From: Alphaproteobacteria bacterium
Lineage (GTDB): Bacteria > Pseudomonadota > Alphaproteobacteria > Bin95
Direction: 5' to 3'
Assembly (NCBI GenBank): GCA_965205265.1
Contig: CBDBGH010000003.1
Span: forward strand, 4,704,001 to 4,768,000
DNA length: 64,000 bases
Positions 61,123-64,000 of this stretch are shown here, piece after piece. Numbering within the stretch: the first letter of the stretch is position 1; the number at the start of each line of letters is the position of its first letter. The translations under genes and the position numbers were made by a program. The notes under the pieces are model-generated. The model was not told the DNA's origin and searched no databases. It saw only the letters and a program-made list of their open reading frames with translations.

Positions 61123-62720
61123 GATACGAGAGAATTGAGCCGGGGAAAGCGCCCCGGCCGGCATTGGCCATGCCGCCGGAGGAAAAGAGGTCCGTCGATG
61201 TGAGGGGGCTGCATGCCGGCGTGCTTCTGGTGCATGGGGCGGGCTGGACGGCCTCGATGCCGGCGGCGCGCTGTTATGTCGAGGGAAAGGACCTTGAGTC
61301 GGCGGCGGCCGAGTTGCGCGACCTGCCGCCGGGTGTGTGGGTGACCAATGCGAAGGCCCGGGAATTGGGGGGCGGGAGCAGGGATGGCGGCCGGAAACCG
61401 CGCTCGCGATTCCGCGATCATGGCTTTTACCGGGCCGCCATCGAGGACCTGTGCGCCGAGTGGGGCGTTGCGATCGACAGCAGGCCGCCGGCCGAGGCGT
61501 TGGAGAGGCTCGCCTGGGCGCTTCAGCGCGTGATGCTGGTCGTGAACGAGGCCGGACAGATGCTTCTGGATGCGCCCCCGGATGCGTGGCAGCCGGCCGG
61601 CGAGGAGTGGATGCATGACAGGATCACGGAGAAGCCGTCCCTGTCGACCGCGATCCTCGGCCTGGTGTGTCCGGGCCTTCCGGAGGATCCGGAGGAGCAG
61701 AAACTGGGCCATGTCATGGAAACCGCCTATGTGCGGGGGCTGACCGGCCGCCGCACGGACCCGGGCGAGCCGGTGTTCCGGGCCCGGATTCCCGGACTGC
61801 GCCATGCGGGCAGGGTGTTGCAGGCCGCCGTTCCCGCCGAGGGTGAATGGGTGTCCCTCACGCGGGAAGAGGGGGATACGGACGAGGCGGTCGAGGCCGA
61901 AGTCAGGAGCGTTATGGAAGCGGGGGACAAGCCGGTGATCGTGGTGCGCGGGGATGGCGGTGCCGGCGGCGCGCCCGGTGCGAGCGGCCTGGTCAGGCTT
62001 CTGGCGGAAAAGGGCAGCCCGCGCGGCTACCTGGTCGCCGAGGATTTCGAGCTGGCGAAGGAGTATTTCCGCCCGGGAGGGATGATGGTCGGCCCGGGCT
62101 GGCGTCCGTCGCCGTTCATGCCGTTGCTGGAATGCCTGCGGAGCACATCGTGCTCGCAGGCCCACGAGATGAAGCTCGTCTCGGGATACTGGTGCGTGAA
62201 CATGGCGGCGGAGAACATGCTTTGCGCGGCGACGCGGCGCACCAAGATGCTGCGGCAGGACAGCGGCCCGTCTCTCGCGGCCTGCTGGTACGGGGCGCGG
62301 GACCGCATCGAGATGATGCCCTATTGGCGGGGTTTGGGCGATGCCGGGGCGGAGCCGCTCAACGGATATGCCGGACGGTTCCGTTTCACGGCCCCGGAGG
62401 ACCCGGAGGTCATGGCGCGGATTGCCGATGCGGCCTGGGAGATGGGCCTGCTTCTCGATGCCGAGACGCTGGCGGCGTTCCAGGCGGCGGGAGCGAAGAT
62501 GCCCGAACGGACCCAGAGATCGTGGAGGGGCGAAATAGGCGAGGGCATCCTGGCCTCGACGCTGGCCCGCGGGAATATCCCCGCAATGGCCGACATCGAC
62601 TCCATCCGCGGCTGGAGTCTGGCGGACCGCGGGAAGGCATGGAGAGACATCATCGTGAAAAACCGGGGCGTTCAGGCCATGAAGGAAAGGCAGGCGGCCA
62701 ATGATGGAAAAGCTGCGTGA
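61119..62720 (+). CDS. Hypothetical protein between icmJ and icmB
   Basis: 533-aa ORF overlapping both neighbours; no motif I can name. Confidence 0.7.
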   Translation: MRYERIEPGKAPRPALAMPPEEKRSVDVRGLHAGVLLVHGAGWTASMPAARCYVEGKDLESAAAELRDLPPGVWVTNAKARELGGGSRDGGRKPRSRFRDHGFYRAAIEDLCAEWGVAIDSRPPAEALERLAWALQRVMLVVNEAGQMLLDAPPDAWQPAGEEWMHDRITEKPSLSTAILGLVCPGLPEDPEEQKLGHVMETAYVRGLTGRRTDPGEPVFRARIPGLRHAGRVLQAAVPAEGEWVSLTREEGDTDEAVEAEVRSVMEAGDKPVIVVRGDGGAGGAPGASGLVRLLAEKGSPRGYLVAEDFELAKEYFRPGGMMVGPGWRPSPFMPLLECLRSTSCSQAHEMKLVSGYWCVNMAAENMLCAATRRTKMLRQDSGPSLAACWYGARDRIEMMPYWRGLGDAGAEPLNGYAGRFRFTAPEDPEVMARIADAAWEMGLLLDAETLAAFQAAGAKMPERTQRSWRGEIGEGILASTLARGNIPAMADIDSIRGWSLADRGKAWRDIIVKNRGVQAMKERQAANDGKAA

Positions 62721-64000
62721 GATTCTCGCCAGCGCCTTCAAGGGGTCGCTGGTCGATTTCGTGGATCTGGAGTCGCTGGAGGACCGCGAGACGCTGACGA
62801 CGAACGCCGGCGGGCTCGTGAGCATCATCGCGCTTTCGGGAACGCTCGGCGTGCTGTCGAGGGATGACCTGGCAACCAAGGCCGACCATTTGCGCGTTGT
62901 CCTTTCGTCGTTTCTGGAAGCGCCGGGGCACGCGATCGAGTTCTTCTTCTCGCACGACCCGGCGGCCGGGCAGGCGGGGATCGACGGGGTTGTCGAGCGC
63001 ACGGGGCGGATCGCGTCGCGGCTCGGCGTCGATGTGGGCGACCTGCTGGAGGCCCGGCGCCGCCACCTGGGGAGCTTCATTGTCGAGGAACGGTGCCTGG
63101 TGGCGGTCCACACGGCCTCCGGTGTGATCGACCGCGAGTCCATGCGCCAGGGGCTGGAGGAGCGGTCGGCGAAACTCAGGGCGGCTCCTCTGGTAAGCAT
63201 GGGCCAGATGCCGGACAGGGTGGTGGAGGCCGTGTGGAAAAAACACCGCGCCCTCGCCGAAAGCCTTGTGGGCGAGCTTCAGAAGCTGAACTACCTGGCG
63301 CAATTGATGGACGTGAAGGCGGGCCTTCAGGAGATAAGGGCCGTTCTGAGACCCGAGACCTCGCCTGACCGGCACAGCTGGCATCCCCGCCTGCCGAGAT
63401 GGTGGGCGGAGGAGGAGAGCGGGAAACGGTGCCCGGTCGCGATGATGCCGGACACGCCCGAGGAAATGGCGGGCCGGGATGTCTCGTACCTGTTTGCTCC
63501 GGACTTCGCCTGGCAGCTCTGCGATGTGGATGCGGAGGAGGTCGAGTCGAGCATTGTCAGGATGGGCGATGTCCTTGTTTCGGGGTTCGATGTAACGCTG
63601 TTCCAGGAGCGCCTGACCCCCTTCGACGTCCTGGTCGACCGTCTGGCGCAATCGTCGCGCCGGTTCCCCTGGCGCATGACGCTGCTGCTGGAGCCGGGCG
63701 GGCTGCAGGCCGTCCGGATGAAAGACCAGTTCTCGAAGGTCTTCTCCTGGGCGTCTGGCGCGAACAAGCGAATCATGGCGGCGGTGAAGGAGCTGAAGGA
63801 CATAGACGGCCAGGCCGACACGGTGGTCCGGCTGCGGATTTCCTTTGCGGTGTGGGGGTCCGTCGCGGCGCTGTCGGAGTTCCGCGACACGGTCGCGAGT
63901 CTGCGCTCGGTGGTCCAGCAATGGGGGAATTGCCATGTGGACGGCCTCTCGGGCGACCCGCTTGCGACGGCGATGTCCTCGGTCCCGGCCGTGAGCACGC
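62701..64000 (+). CDS. icmB: IcmB/DotO (VirB4-like ATPase), N-terminal part; runs off the window
   Basis: Open frame absent from the ORF track: MMEKLREILASAFKGSLVDFVDLESLEDRETLTTNAGGLVSIIALSG...GHAIEFFFSHDP...W.P.LP...PF..L..RL...PWR...QWGNC.V....GDPL...MSSVP. Confidence 0.82.
   Translation, partial: MMEKLREILASAFKGSLVDFVDLESLEDRETLTTNAGGLVSIIALSGTLGVLSRDDLATKADHLRVVLSSFLEAPGHAIEFFFSHDPAAGQAGIDGVVERTGRIASRLGVDVGDLLEARRRHLGSFIVEERCLVAVHTASGVIDRESMRQGLEERSAKLRAAPLVSMGQMPDRVVEAVWKKHRALAESLVGELQKLNYLAQLMDVKAGLQEIRAVLRPETSPDRHSWHPRLPRWWAEEESGKRCPVAMMPDTPEEMAGRDVSYLFAPDFAWQLCDVDAEEVESSIVRMGDVLVSGFDVTLFQERLTPFDVLVDRLAQSSRRFPWRMTLLLEPGGLQAVRMKDQFSKVFSWASGANKRIMAAVKELKDIDGQADTVVRLRISFAVWGSVAALSEFRDTVASLRSVVQQWGNCHVDGLSGDPLATAMSSVPAVST

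Noticed and set aside
53108-63936. Long ORFs 53108-57118(+), 60996-63200(-) and 62650-63936(-)
   Set aside because: Shadows of the icm genes on the opposite strand.

Overview
A high-GC, probably alphaproteobacterial, mobile-DNA mosaic in three blocks. (1) 1-3.9 kb is a scrap zone: the end of an SF2 helicase, a TbpB-like surface lipoprotein, IS remnants and a truncated hsdR. (2) 3.9-43.2 kb has two near-identical, inverted 2791-bp IS21 copies around a 33.7-kb segment. That segment holds an almost complete F-type conjugation operon (traA' to traG, traD, MOBF traI), an RHH gene, two tandem tyrosine integrases and defence cargo: a 1251-aa reverse transcriptase-nitrilase fusion (DRT1-like UG class) and an hsdM'-hsdS operon that continues into a poly-glycine gene and a possible toxin-antitoxin pair. 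(3) 43.2-64 kb is a plasmid-type backbone: an 11-copy iteron origin whose probable rep gene is cut by the IS, HU, an LPD7-like protein, twin type IVb pilins and a Dot/Icm (type IVB) secretion cluster that runs off the window. The least-explained signals are a 24-bp palindromic micro-element inserted in frame in two tra-operon genes, an exact 12-bp motif upstream of three backbone transcription units, a DotF carrying an FN3 domain and a very long acidic N-terminus, and a catalytically degenerate HD protein inside the tra operon. All family calls come from motif recognition by eye; no searches were run.
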